A stretch of 64,000 nt of DNA from Polyangiales bacterium (GTDB taxonomy: Bacteria; Myxococcota_A; Polyangia; Polyangiales; JADJQN01): the NCBI GenBank assembly GCA_964202905.1, contig CAXNJO010000001.1:448001-512000 (forward strand), written 5' to 3'. A program made the translations under genes and the position numbers. The notes below the pieces were generated by a model. That model saw only the letters and a program-made list of their open reading frames with translations, was not told where the DNA came from and did not search any database. How positions within the stretch are numbered: position 1 is the stretch's first letter; every line of letters begins with the position of its first letter. Shown piece after piece: positions 1-9,786 of the stretch.

Positions 1-1
1 C

Positions 2-610
2 GGGCCCACCGGGGCGGGCCTCTGCGCGGCCTCCGGTGTCGTCCCCGACGTGCTGATCGGCACGCTCGGCAAGGCGTTCGGACTCGGCGGCGCGTTCGCG
101 GCCGCGTCGCAGCCGGTCGTGCGCTTCCTCCAGAACCGCGCGCGGAGCTACGTATTCTCGAGCGCGCCGCCACCCTCGGTCGCCGCCGCCGTCGCCACCG
201 CCGCGACCCTGGTCGCCGAGGCCGACGCGCGCCGCACGGCCCTCTTCGCCCATGCGCGCACCCTGCGACAGTCGCTCCGCGCGCTCGGCTACACCGTGGC
301 TGAGGGTCGCGGGCCGATCGTCCCCGTCCTCGTTGGAGACGCCCGCGCGGCCGTCGATCTCGCCCGCGCGCTCCTCGACGATGGCGTCTTCGTGCAGGCG
401 ATTCGCCCCCCGACCGTGCCCGTCGATGGGAGCCGCCTGCGCGTCGTGCCGATGGCCACCCACACCGCCGACGACCTCGCGAACGCGATCGCCGCCTTCG
501 CCGCCGTGCGGAGACCCGGCATGGGCCAGGCCGACCGCGCCCGCCGCGCCGACGGCCCCAGCGACGACGCACCACAACCGCCGCTCGCGACCCAGTGTGG
601 AACCCCATGA
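2..610 (+). CDS. bioF: 8-amino-7-oxononanoate synthase, 5'-truncated by the window edge
   Basis: Frame is open from position 2 (GPTGAGLC...PDVLIGTLGKAFG, with the PLP lysine motif), then IRPPTVP and RLR motifs. Stop overlaps the bioD start (ATGA). Confidence 0.9.
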   Translation, partial: GPTGAGLCAASGVVPDVLIGTLGKAFGLGGAFAAASQPVVRFLQNRARSYVFSSAPPPSVAAAVATAATLVAEADARRTALFAHARTLRQSLRALGYTVAEGRGPIVPVLVGDARAAVDLARALLDDGVFVQAIRPPTVPVDGSRLRVVPMATHTADDLANAIAAFAAVRRPGMGQADRARRADGPSDDAPQPPLATQCGTP

Positions 611-1281
611 TTCGAGGCCTCTTCATCACCGCCACCGGCACCGGCGTCGGCAAGACCTTCGTCTCGCGCGGGCTCGCCCGGGCGCTTGTTTCACGTGACA
701 CAACCGTCGCGGCGCTGAAGCCGCTCGAGACCGGTTGCGTCGCCGGCCACGCCGAAGACGCCACCGCCCTCGCACGCGCCGCGCGCCGGCCGGAGCTCGC
801 TCACGCGCCGGGCCTCTACCGCGCCACGCGCCCGGCCGCGCCCTATGCGGCCGCGCTCGGCGGCGAGCCAGCCGTCCCACCGACCGCCGACCTCGTCCGC
901 GCAGTCCACGACGCCTGCGTGGGCGCCACGCACGCCATCGTCGAGGGCGCGGGCGGCTTGCTCGTCCCCCTCGATGCGACCCGCACGACCGCCGACCTCG
1001 TCCGCGCCCTGGGCTTCCCGGCGCTGGTCGTCGCGCCGGACGCGCTCGGGGTGCTCTCGCACGTGCTCACGCTCGAGCACGCGGCGCGGGCCCTGTCCAT
1101 CCCGCTCGCGGCCGTGGTGCTCTCCCGACACGACGACGGCGACGCCTCACGCGACAGCAACGCGCGCATCCTCTCGGAGCGACTCGCCGTGCCCGTCTAC
1201 GTGTTCCCGCGCATCCCGGACGACGACGATGCGCTCGCGCGCGCCGTCGAATCCGCCGGTCTGCTGCGCGCCTTCGGGTGA
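607..1281 (+). CDS. bioD: Dethiobiotin synthase
   Basis: FITATGTGVGKT P-loop, KPLETG and VEGAGGLLVP motifs. ATG at 607 is coupled to the bioF stop. Confidence 0.92.
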   Translation: MIRGLFITATGTGVGKTFVSRGLARALVSRDTTVAALKPLETGCVAGHAEDATALARAARRPELAHAPGLYRATRPAAPYAAALGGEPAVPPTADLVRAVHDACVGATHAIVEGAGGLLVPLDATRTTADLVRALGFPALVVAPDALGVLSHVLTLEHAARALSIPLAAVVLSRHDDGDASRDSNARILSERLAVPVYVFPRIPDDDDALARAVESAGLLRAFG

Positions 1282-1391
1282 GGCGCGGCGCCGAGACCAC
1301 ACCCCGGCGCTCACTCCGAATCAGCCGGCCCCGCACCCACGCGCCACAGGCGCGCAGCGGGGGCCGCTGCGCATCGAAACGCGCGGGAGGC

Positions 1392-2558
1392 TCATTCGAA
1401 CGCGGCGAGACCGGTGATGTCCTGCCCGACGATGAGCGTGTGGATGTCGTGCGTGCCCTCGTAGGTGAACACCGTCTCGAGGTTCATCATGTGCCGCCCC
1501 ACCGGGTACTCGAACATGATGCCGTTCGCGCCGAGCACGTCGCGCGACGCGCGCGCGATGTCGAGGGCGATCTTCACGTTGTTGCGCTTCGCCAGGGAGA
1601 TCTGCGCGGGGCGCGCCTTGCCCGCCTCCTTCAACCGACCGAGTTGCAGCGCCAGCAGCTGCGCTTTGGTGATCTCGCTCACCATTTCCACCAGCTTCTG
1701 CTGCACGAGCTGGTAACCGGCGAGGGGCCGCTTGAACTGGACACGACTCTTCGCGTAGTCGAGCGCCGTCTCGTAGCAGCTCATCGCCGCACCGATCGCG
1801 CCCCACGCGATCCCGTATCGCGCTTGAGACAGGCACGAGAGCGGGCCCTTCATGCCGGAGACGCCCGGCAGGATTGCGTCCTCGGGGACCTCGCAATCCT
1901 CGAGGATCAGCTCGCTGGTGATGCTGGCCCGCAGCGAGAACTTGTCGTCGATCTTGCGAACCGTGAGGCCCGGCGTGCCGCGCGGAACGAGGAAACCGCG
2001 CACCACGCCGTCGAGCTTCGCCCACACGATGCAGACGTCGGCGATCGAGCCGTTGGTGATCCAGCGCTTGGTCCCGTTGATCCGGAAGCCGCCGCCGGTG
2101 ACGCGCTCGGCGCGCGTGATCATGCCCGTCGGGTTCGAGCCGAAGTCCGGCTCCGTGAGCCCGAAGCAGCCGATCCGCTCGCCGCGCGCCATCCCAGGGA
2201 GCCAGCGCTCCTTCTGGGCCTCCGAGCCGAAGGCCGAGATCGGGTACATGACGAGCCCGCTCTGCACGGAGCAGAACGACCGGATGCCGGAGTCGCCGCG
2301 CTCGAGCTCCTGCGTCGCGAGGCCATACGCCACGGGTCCCATGCCCGCGCACCCGTACCCCGTGAGGCTCGCGCCGAGCAGACCGAGCTCCGCGAATTGC
2401 GGGATCAGCTCGACCGGAAACGTGCCGTCCTGGTAGTGACGCCCGATGGACGGGACGATCTTCTCCTCGACGAAGCGACGCACGCTGCCGCGCACCAGCT
2501 TTTCCTCGTCGCTGAGCAGATCATCGATGCCGTAGAAGTCGACCCCTTGAAACGCCAT
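1392..2558 (-). CDS. Acyl-CoA dehydrogenase, glutaryl-CoA dehydrogenase-like
   Basis: GCFGLTEPDFGS, KRWITNG, ARYGIAWG and TYEGTHDIH motifs are typical of the GcdH subfamily. Confidence 0.88.
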   Translation of the reverse strand: MAFQGVDFYGIDDLLSDEEKLVRGSVRRFVEEKIVPSIGRHYQDGTFPVELIPQFAELGLLGASLTGYGCAGMGPVAYGLATQELERGDSGIRSFCSVQSGLVMYPISAFGSEAQKERWLPGMARGERIGCFGLTEPDFGSNPTGMITRAERVTGGGFRINGTKRWITNGSIADVCIVWAKLDGVVRGFLVPRGTPGLTVRKIDDKFSLRASITSELILEDCEVPEDAILPGVSGMKGPLSCLSQARYGIAWGAIGAAMSCYETALDYAKSRVQFKRPLAGYQLVQQKLVEMVSEITKAQLLALQLGRLKEAGKARPAQISLAKRNNVKIALDIARASRDVLGANGIMFEYPVGRHMMNLETVFTYEGTHDIHTLIVGQDITGLAAFE

Positions 2559-2647
2559 GCGCGGTGCCTCCTCGCGAGCCTGCTCGCCCGGCGGTGCTTA
2601 GCACTTGCAGCCTCGCGGTGCGCGAGTATAGTGACGGCCTTCGATCC

Positions 2648-2720
2648 GGGGATGTAGCTCAGCTGGGAGAGCGCTAGAATCGCACTCTAGAGGTCGCAGG
2701 TTCGATCCCTGTCATCTCCA
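2648..2720 (+). tRNA. tRNA-Ala (anticodon CGC), CCA end not encoded
   Basis: Acceptor stem GGGGATG/CATCTCC with the G3:U70 Ala determinant. D-arm TAGCTCAGCTGGGAGAGC, anticodon arm CTAGA-ATCGCAC-TCTAG, T-loop GGTTCGATCC. Followed by CCG rather than CCA. Confidence 0.95.
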
Positions 2721-2731
2721 CCGCCGAAGAG

Positions 2732-2767
2732 AGGGCCGCGCCGCGAGGTGCGGCCCTCGTGTTTTGT
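2732..2767 (+). terminator. Probable intrinsic terminator downstream of tRNA-Ala
   Basis: Hairpin GAGGGCCGCGCC-GCGA-GGTGCGGCCCTC followed by GTGTTTTGT. Confidence 0.65.
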
Positions 2768-2817
2768 GGGCCGGCGCGCAATGAGGGCCGGCGCGCAATG
2801 AGGGCCGGCGCGCGATG
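2768..2817. repeat. 17-bp tandem repeat, about 3 copies (GGGCCGGCGCGCAATGA)
   Basis: Exact copies at 2768 and 2785, and a variant copy at 2802. Confidence 0.85.
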
Positions 2818-2861
2818 GGCGGCGCTGGCCGGCAGACACCGCCGCGGATACGTCCGCCACG

Positions 2862-4007
2862 ATGACGCGCGCGAGGCCACCGGCCGTGGAGCGCGGCTGC
2901 CTGCTGCTGTACCGGCTGCTCGACGTCGCCGACGCGGTGGACGTGCCTCGCCTGACCGCGCGCCTCGCGGCCGAACGCCCCGTCCGCAAGGTCGCGCTGC
3001 GCCACGACGCCGGGAGCGCGGCGCTGACGGAGCGCGCGCTACCCCTCGAGATCGACCTCGGCCCGCGCGCCGTCGCGCTCGCCTCCGGGGAGACGCTCGT
3101 CGGGGAGCTGCGCGCGCGCTTCTTCGAGTTCGGCGTGCTCTCGGTGTTGCTCGAGGTCCCCGTCGAGGCGGGCACGACCCTCGCCGCGCTGACCCCGCGC
3201 TGCGCGGCCGCGTGGGAGGCGCCGGAGCTCGATCGCCTCGCACGCGCGGTGGCCGACGAGCTGCTGCCTGCGCTCGGGGATGCGCTGCTCGGCGCGCACA
3301 CCTCCCCCGTCGTCGAGAGCTACGGCGTCCTCTTCGTGGAGGCGCTCGCGACGAGTGAGCCGTCGTACGACGGTGCGGCGCTGCCTTTGGCCGCCGAGCA
3401 CGAGGAGGCGCTCGTGCGGATCGTGCTCGGTGAGTGCGATCCGCGGCCGCTCGCCCGCCCCGAGATCGACGACGTGCTCCGGCACGCCTGGCGCTACTTC
3501 GCCGACGATCTCGCGGTGGTGCACTGGAACAGCGCGTTCGTGCTGGAGCCGGGCGGGAGCCGCGACGTGCCGACGATCCTCGAACTCGCGACCTCGCAAC
3601 GCCTCGAGCTGCGCGTGCACGACGAGCGCCTCGACCGGGAGCTCGACCGTGTGTACGACGAGCTCGCGCGTGCGCGGCGGCGCGGCTGGTGGCTCTTCGG
3701 CGCGCGGCACATGGCGCTGTCGCGCGAAGTGGAGGAGCGGCTCCTCGAGGTCGCGGAGCTCGCAGACCGCGCGGGCAATGCCGTGAAGATGGCGGCCGAT
3801 TTCTTTCTCGCGCGTGTGTACCTCTCGGCCCTGCGCCGCGTGCACGTGCCCCTCTGGCGCGACAGCGTCGACCGCAAGCTTGGCGCGTTCCGAGAGGTGT
3901 ACGCGATGCTCAAGGCCGAGGCCGAGGCACGGCGCGCGCGCCTGCTCGAGGTGATCATCGCGCTGCTCATCGCGTTCGAGGTGTTGTGGGCGCTGCTGCG
4001 CGGATGA
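2862..4007 (+). CDS. RMD1/DUF155-like protein with C-terminal membrane helix
   Basis: 381-aa ORF ending in LLEVIIALLIAFEV, which resembles the LExxIIxLIxxE tail of RMD1-family proteins. Confidence 0.6.
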   Translation: MTRARPPAVERGCLLLYRLLDVADAVDVPRLTARLAAERPVRKVALRHDAGSAALTERALPLEIDLGPRAVALASGETLVGELRARFFEFGVLSVLLEVPVEAGTTLAALTPRCAAAWEAPELDRLARAVADELLPALGDALLGAHTSPVVESYGVLFVEALATSEPSYDGAALPLAAEHEEALVRIVLGECDPRPLARPEIDDVLRHAWRYFADDLAVVHWNSAFVLEPGGSRDVPTILELATSQRLELRVHDERLDRELDRVYDELARARRRGWWLFGARHMALSREVEERLLEVAELADRAGNAVKMAADFFLARVYLSALRRVHVPLWRDSVDRKLGAFREVYAMLKAEAEARRARLLEVIIALLIAFEVLWALLRG

Positions 4008-4123
4008 ACGCGGGATTTTGATCCGCCAGAGCCCCGCGTGATACGAACGAACATCCCCATGGCGCCACGCGCACGCCGACGGTCGATCGATCCCACGGAC
4101 ACGCGACGTCTCCGGGGTCTCCG

Positions 4124-4894
4124 GTGAAGGCGGTCATCCTCGCGGGCGGGCTCGGTACGCGGCTGAGCGAAGAGACGCAGCTCCGTCCGAAGCCGATGGT
4201 CGAGGTCGGCGGCCGGCCGATCCTCTGGCACATCCTGAAGGGCCTCTCGGCCCACGGGATCCACGACTTCGTGATCTGCTGCGGCTACAAGGGCTACGTC
4301 ATCAAGGAGTATTTCTCCAACTACTTCCTCCACAACTCCGACGTCACCTTCGACATCGCGAACCGCGCGATGGAGGTGCACCAGCACAACGCGGAGCCGT
4401 GGCGTGTGACCCTCGTCGACACCGGCGAGCAGACGATGACCGGCGGGCGCCTCAAGCGGGTCGCGCGGCACCTCGGGGACGCGCCGTTCCTGATGACGTA
4501 CGGCGACGGCGTCGGCGACGTCGACATCACGGCGCTCACCGCGTTCCACCGCGAGCATGGCCTGCTCGCCACGGTGACGACCGCGAAGCCGCCCGCGCGC
4601 TGGGGCGTGCTCGAGGTCGAGGGTCACCGGGTCACGGCGTTCCGCGAGAAGGTCGCGTCGGACGCCGACTGGATCAACGCAGGTTTCTTCATCCTCTCGC
4701 CGAGCGTGCTCGACACGATCGCGGGCGACGAGACGCACTGGGAGCGCGAGCCGCTCGAACAGCTCGCGCACGCCGGGCAGCTCGGCGGCTTCCAACACCG
4801 CGGCTTCTGGCAGCCGATGGACACCGTCCGCGACCGCGCGGTGCTCGAAGAGCTCTGGGCCTCGGGCCGCGCGCCGTGGAAGGTGTGGCCGTGA
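4124..4894 (+). CDS. rfbF: Glucose-1-phosphate cytidylyltransferase
   Basis: ILAGGLGTRLSEET, PKPMVEVGG, TMTGGRLKR, TYGDGV and GFWQPMDT motifs. Confidence 0.95.
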   Translation: MKAVILAGGLGTRLSEETQLRPKPMVEVGGRPILWHILKGLSAHGIHDFVICCGYKGYVIKEYFSNYFLHNSDVTFDIANRAMEVHQHNAEPWRVTLVDTGEQTMTGGRLKRVARHLGDAPFLMTYGDGVGDVDITALTAFHREHGLLATVTTAKPPARWGVLEVEGHRVTAFREKVASDADWINAGFFILSPSVLDTIAGDETHWEREPLEQLAHAGQLGGFQHRGFWQPMDTVRDRAVLEELWASGRAPWKVWP

Positions 4895-4922
4895 CGCGCC
4901 CGCACGCGCAGCAGGCCGCGCA

Positions 4923-5987
4923 ATGAACCACGACGCCTTCTGGAGCGGCAAGCGCGTGCTCGTCACCGGGCACACGGGCTTCAAGGGGGCGTGGCTCTCG
5001 CTCTGGCTCGAGGCGCTCGGCGCGGAGGTGACGGGATTCGCGCTCGCACCACCGACGACGCCGAGCCTCTTCGCGCTCGCGCGGGTCGGCGACGTCGTGC
5101 GCAGCGTGGAGGGCGACGTCCGAGATCGCGAGGCCGTGGCCCGCGTGATGCGCGACGCCGCACCTGAGATCGTGTTGCATCTGGCCGCGCAGTCGCTCGT
5201 GCGCCCTTCCTACGAAGACCCGCTCGGGACGTGGGCGACGAACGTGATGGGCACCGCGCACGTGCTCGAGGCCGCGCGCCACGTGCCCGGGCTGCGGGCC
5301 GTGCTCATCGTCACGAGCGACAAGTGTTACGAGAACCGCGAGTGGGTGTGGGGCTATCGCGAGTCCGACGCGATGGGCGGACACGACCCGTACTCCGCGA
5401 GCAAGGGCGCGGCCGAGATCCTCGCCGCGAGCTGGCGCCGCTCGTTCTTCGGCGACGGCCGGATCGGCGTCGCGACGGCGCGCGCGGGGAACGTGATCGG
5501 CGGCGGCGACTGGGCGCGCGACCGCCTCGTCCCGGACGCGATCCGCGCCTTCTCCGCGCGCACGCCGCTGCGCCTGCGCAACCCGCGCTCGACGCGCCCG
5601 TGGCAGCACGTGCTCGAACCGCTGGGCGGCTACCTGCAGCTCGCGCGCGCGCTCTGCGAGCGGCCCGCGGAGCACGCCGAGGGCTGGAATTTCGGGCCTG
5701 ACGCGGCCGGCACCGCGACCGTCGCGCGCGTGGTCGATGCGCTCGCGACACGCTGGGGCGAAGGCGCGGCGTGGGAGCACGTGGGCGGCGAGGTCCTCCA
5801 CGAGGCGCGCGCGCTCTCGCTCGACTGCGCGAAGGCCCACGCGCAGCTCGGATGGCGCCCGCGCCTCTCGCTCGACGACACGCTCACGTGGACCGTCGCG
5901 TGGTACCGCGCGCTCGCCTCGGGCGCCGACGCGCGCGCGCTCACGCTCGACCAGATCCGCCGCTACGAGAACACCCCATGTCCGTGA
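4923..5987 (+). CDS. rfbG: CDP-glucose 4,6-dehydratase
   Basis: VTGHTGFKGAWL, TSDKCYEN, DPYSASK, RAGNVIGGGDW and RPWQHVLEPL motifs. Confidence 0.95.
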   Translation: MNHDAFWSGKRVLVTGHTGFKGAWLSLWLEALGAEVTGFALAPPTTPSLFALARVGDVVRSVEGDVRDREAVARVMRDAAPEIVLHLAAQSLVRPSYEDPLGTWATNVMGTAHVLEAARHVPGLRAVLIVTSDKCYENREWVWGYRESDAMGGHDPYSASKGAAEILAASWRRSFFGDGRIGVATARAGNVIGGGDWARDRLVPDAIRAFSARTPLRLRNPRSTRPWQHVLEPLGGYLQLARALCERPAEHAEGWNFGPDAAGTATVARVVDALATRWGEGAAWEHVGGEVLHEARALSLDCAKAHAQLGWRPRLSLDDTLTWTVAWYRALASGADARALTLDQIRRYENTPCP

Positions 5988-7210
5988 GCCCCTGTCGATC
6001 CTGCGGCGCGCCGCTGCGCGTCACCTTCTGCGATCTCGGCCTCTCGCCGCTCTCGAACGCGTTCGTGCGGCCGGAGAACCTCGCGCGCGGCGAGTCGTTC
6101 CATCCGCTGCACGCCTTCGTCTGCGACGCGTGCCTGCTCGTGCAGCTCGAAGAGTTCGAGTCGCCGGAGCGCATCTTCTCGGACTACGTGTATTTCTCGT
6201 CGTACTCCGACTCGTGGCTCGCGCACAGCCGCGCCTACGCGGAGGACGTGAGCGCGTCACTCGGGCTCGGCGCGGAGAGCCTCGTCGTCGAGGTCGCGAG
6301 CAACGACGGGTACCTGCTGCGCTTCTTCGCGGAGCGCGGGATTCCCGTGCTCGGCGTCGAGCCCGCGGAGAACGTCGCCGAGGTCGCCCGGGCGCGCGGG
6401 ATCGAGACGATCTCCCGATTTTTCGGGCAGATCCTCGCGAACGAACTCGTCGCCGCGGGCCGCCGCGCGGACCTGCTCGTCGGCAACAACGTCCTCGCGC
6501 ACGTGCCCGACATCAACGACTTCGTCGCGGGTCTGCGCACCGCGCTCGCGCCCGCAGGCACGCTGACGATGGAGTTCCCGCACCTCCTGCGGCTCATCGA
6601 GCAGGTGCAATTCGACACCATCTATCACGAGCATTTCTCGTATCTCTCGCTGCTCGCGGTCGAGCGCCTCTTCGCGCGACACGGCCTGCGGATCACCGAC
6701 GTGCGCGAGCTCCCCACGCACGGCGGCTCGCTCCGCATCTACGCGACGCACGCCGAGCGCGGCCTCAGCGAGACGCCCGCCGTCGAGGCGCTGCGGGCGC
6801 TCGAGCGTGCCGCCGGGCTGCACCAGCTCGCCACGTACACGCGCTTCGCGGCGCGCGTCGAGGCGTGCAAGCGCAGCGTGCTCCGCTTCCTCATCGACGC
6901 ACGCGAGGCGGGCCAGCAGGTCGTCGGCTACGGCGCGCCCGCCAAGGGAAATACCCTGCTCAATTACTGCGGGGTCCGCGGCGATCTGCTCGCCTACACC
7001 GTCGATCGCAGCCCGCACAAACAGGGGCTCTTCCTGCCCGGCACGCGCATCCCCGTGTTCGCGCCCGAGCGCATCGCCGAGACGCGGCCCGATTACGTGC
7101 TCATCCTCCCGTGGAACCTGCGCGAGGAGATCACCGCCCAACTCGCGTTCATCCGGGACTGGGGCGGACGCTTCGTGACACCGGTGCCCGAGATCCGCGT
7201 CTGGCCATGA
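5978..7210 (+). CDS. NDP-hexose C-methyltransferase (SAM-dependent, Zn-binding N-terminus)
   Basis: CRSC...CDAC Zn motif, EVASNDGYLL, FDTIYHEHFSY, HGGSLR, GYGAPAKGNTLLNY and ILPWN motifs. Start taken at ATG 5978. Confidence 0.88.
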   Translation: MSVSPCRSCGAPLRVTFCDLGLSPLSNAFVRPENLARGESFHPLHAFVCDACLLVQLEEFESPERIFSDYVYFSSYSDSWLAHSRAYAEDVSASLGLGAESLVVEVASNDGYLLRFFAERGIPVLGVEPAENVAEVARARGIETISRFFGQILANELVAAGRRADLLVGNNVLAHVPDINDFVAGLRTALAPAGTLTMEFPHLLRLIEQVQFDTIYHEHFSYLSLLAVERLFARHGLRITDVRELPTHGGSLRIYATHAERGLSETPAVEALRALERAAGLHQLATYTRFAARVEACKRSVLRFLIDAREAGQQVVGYGAPAKGNTLLNYCGVRGDLLAYTVDRSPHKQGLFLPGTRIPVFAPERIAETRPDYVLILPWNLREEITAQLAFIRDWGGRFVTPVPEIRVWP

Positions 7211-7740
7211 GGCTCGTCGAGACGCCGCTCGCGGGGCTCTACCGCGTCGAGGCCGAGCCCCACGCCGACGCGCGCGGGCTCTTCGCGCGGGTCTACGACG
7301 AGGCGATCTTCGCCGCGCATGGGCTGCCGACGCGCTGGCCGCAGTGGAACCTCTCGCACAACGCGCGCGCCGGCACGCTGCGCGGGCTGCATTTCCAACG
7401 CGCGCCGCACGAAGAGCCCAAGCTCGTGCGCTGCACGCGCGGCCGGATCTGGGACGTCGCCGTGGACCTGCGCCCCGGCTCACCGACGCGCCTGCACGCG
7501 GTCGCGCTCGAGCTCTCGGCCGAGAGCCGCCTCGCGCTCTACATCCCGCCAGGCTTCGCGCACGGCTTTCAGACGCTCGTGGACGACAGCGAGGTCTCCT
7601 ACCACATGGGCGAGACCCACCACCCCGCGCTCGCCGACGGAGTGCGCTGGGACGACCCCGCGCTCGGCCTCGGGTGGCCCCTGCCGGACCCGATCCTCTC
7701 GCCGCGCGACGCGGCCTACCCGGATCTGCCGCGCGTCTGA
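7207..7740 (+). CDS. rfbC: dTDP-4-dehydrorhamnose 3,5-epimerase family protein
   Basis: DARGLF, TLRGLHFQ, KLVRCTRGRIWDVAVDLR and GFAHGFQTL motifs. ATGA overlap with the upstream gene. Confidence 0.9.
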   Translation: MRLVETPLAGLYRVEAEPHADARGLFARVYDEAIFAAHGLPTRWPQWNLSHNARAGTLRGLHFQRAPHEEPKLVRCTRGRIWDVAVDLRPGSPTRLHAVALELSAESRLALYIPPGFAHGFQTLVDDSEVSYHMGETHHPALADGVRWDDPALGLGWPLPDPILSPRDAAYPDLPRV

Positions 7741-7774
7741 GCACCCCGCGTGACGCGCACCACCGCGTCGTACG

Positions 7775-9019
7775 TCACGCCGGAAAACGCGCGAGCGTCC
7801 GCGCCAACGACACCACGCGCACACCGCGCTCGGTGAGACGCGCGCGCCGCGCGGGCTCGACGTCCGCGTCGGTGGCAGCGAAGAGCACACAGTCGGTGAG
7901 CGCGTCGTCGGGCACGCCGTGCCGCACGCGCGCCGCGGCGATCGACGCGAGATAACCGCGAAAATCCGGGCGGATCGAGGCATCGCAGACGACCTGCGCA
8001 GCGCCGGGCGGATCGCCCTCCCCGTGCGCGACGAACCACAGCGCCGCGCGCGCGGCGAGCACGCCGAGCGGCACCGGGAGCAGCGCCTCCTGCCCCAGCC
8101 CACGCAGGCGACACGCGAGCATCCACGTGTCGACGGCATCGCGGTTCCGCGCGAGGCGCACGCGGATCGCGACCGCGATGCGCTGCGCGACGACGACGTC
8201 GATGCGCGCGAGGAGCGCGGCGCGCTCGCTCTCCGAAGGCGGCGGTGTCGCGCGGGCGATCATGTACTCGAGCCCGCCGCGGTAGCGATCCCACGCGACC
8301 TCGACCTCCTCGAGGCCCGCCTGCACGCGCGCGGGACCCTCGAAATGCCGCGAGATCGAGACGTAGAACGGCTCCGACGCGAGCAGCACGTCCCCGAGCC
8401 CGAGGTAGTCGGACGCGTGCACGAAGGCCCAGTAGGCGAGGTCGCTCGGCCGCGGACGCAGCGCGTGCCACGCCGCGCGCCGCACGACGGAGATCTCGGG
8501 GAACGCGCCGTGCCGCAGCACGTGCTCGAGCAACGTGCGCTGGTCGCCGCGCGCGACGAGCACGTCCTCGGGCTGCGCGTAGAACGTGCCCTGCGCCCTG
8601 TCGTCGACGAGGTCGTGGATCCGCCACGGGGCATACGCGGTCACGGTCCGCGGGCTCGCGAGCAGGCGCGTGAGCAACGCCGCGAGCGCGCCGAAATCGA
8701 GGCGATCGTCGTCCGCGAGGTAGACGAGGAAGGTGCCCGCGCCCTGCGAGAGCGCGAAACCCACGTTCGCGTAGGCGCCGCGGTTCTCGGCATGCCGGAA
8801 GACGCGCAAGGGCAGCTGCGACTCGAACTCACGCAACACCGCCGGCGTCTCGTCCGTCGAGGCGTTGTCGCTGACGACCACCTCCGCCGCGAACGGGAAT
8901 CCCGCGAGCCCCTCGACGAGCGTCGGCAGCAGGCCGCGCAGATAGCGCGCGCGCTCGAAGGTCGGGATGCAGAGGCTGACGACGGGCGCCGCGGCCGACG
9001 CCCCCGCAGGCGCGCTCAC
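7775..9019 (-). CDS. Glycosyltransferase family 2
   Basis: VSLCIPTFER, VVSDNASTDET and YLADDD motifs. GTG start at 9019 overlaps the upstream stop. Confidence 0.85.
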   Translation of the reverse strand: MSAPAGASAAAPVVSLCIPTFERARYLRGLLPTLVEGLAGFPFAAEVVVSDNASTDETPAVLREFESQLPLRVFRHAENRGAYANVGFALSQGAGTFLVYLADDDRLDFGALAALLTRLLASPRTVTAYAPWRIHDLVDDRAQGTFYAQPEDVLVARGDQRTLLEHVLRHGAFPEISVVRRAAWHALRPRPSDLAYWAFVHASDYLGLGDVLLASEPFYVSISRHFEGPARVQAGLEEVEVAWDRYRGGLEYMIARATPPPSESERAALLARIDVVVAQRIAVAIRVRLARNRDAVDTWMLACRLRGLGQEALLPVPLGVLAARAALWFVAHGEGDPPGAAQVVCDASIRPDFRGYLASIAAARVRHGVPDDALTDCVLFAATDADVEPARRARLTERGVRVVSLARTLARFPA

Positions 9020-9786
9020 GCGACGCGCTTCAGGTAGCCGTCGGGCGCGACGGTCACGAGCAGCTGATCCTGCACCGCGGTGTCGATGACGAACTCCGGG
9101 TGCGACTTCAGGTACTGGTGCACGGCCGTCTTCGGGTTGTTGCCCGGGCCCCACGGTCGGTCGGGATACATCGCCGCGGGCAGATCCTCGACCACCGTGT
9201 CGAAGACCACGCAGTAGCTGCCGACGCTCGTGAGCGGCGCATACGCCTCGAGCTCCGCGAGGACGTGCTCGTGCGTGTGGTTGCTGTCGAGACACACGAG
9301 CACGCGCTGGTGCCCCGCCGCGAGCGCGCGCACCTGCGCGACGACGTCCGGCGCGACGCTCGAGCCCTCGAGCATTTGCATGTAGCCCGCGAACGGGTGC
9401 GCCTCGATCGCGGCGCGGTTGTGCGCGCGGATGTCGATGTCGAGTCCGAGCACCTTGCGGCGCGAGCGGCGCGGATCGAGCGGCTCGCCGGCGGCGATCG
9501 CGTCCGCGAGGTCGAGCAGCGCGAGCATCGACGCGCTGAACACGAGCGAGCCGCCGTGCGCGATGCCCGTCTCGAGGATGAAGTCCGGCCGCACCGACCA
9601 GATCAGCGCCTGCATCGCGACGAGGTCCTGCGGGTACTGGATGATCGGCCGCGAGAGCCAGGAGAAGTTGTAGGAGTACTTCGATCCGATCGACGCCAGC
9701 AGGAAGTCCCGCGCGGCCTCCTGAAGCGGCGCGTCCTTGCCGGCCGCCGCGATGCGCGCGGCGACCTCGTTCTCGAACTCACCCAT
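9016..9786 (-). CDS. CmcI (cephalosporin hydroxylase) family methyltransferase-like protein
   Basis: PIIQYPQD, ETGIAHGGS, LDSNHTHEHVLAEL and GNNPKTAV motifs. Confidence 0.88.
   Translation of the reverse strand: MGEFENEVAARIAAAGKDAPLQEAARDFLLASIGSKYSYNFSWLSRPIIQYPQDLVAMQALIWSVRPDFILETGIAHGGSLVFSASMLALLDLADAIAAGEPLDPRRSRRKVLGLDIDIRAHNRAAIEAHPFAGYMQMLEGSSVAPDVVAQVRALAAGHQRVLVCLDSNHTHEHVLAELEAYAPLTSVGSYCVVFDTVVEDLPAAMYPDRPWGPGNNPKTAVHQYLKSHPEFVIDTAVQDQLLVTVAPDGYLKRVA

Noticed and set aside
9016..9786. CmcI gene as evidence for beta-lactam biosynthesis
   Set aside because: No pcbAB, pcbC or cef genes are present. The family is common in sugar-modification clusters, which is its context here.
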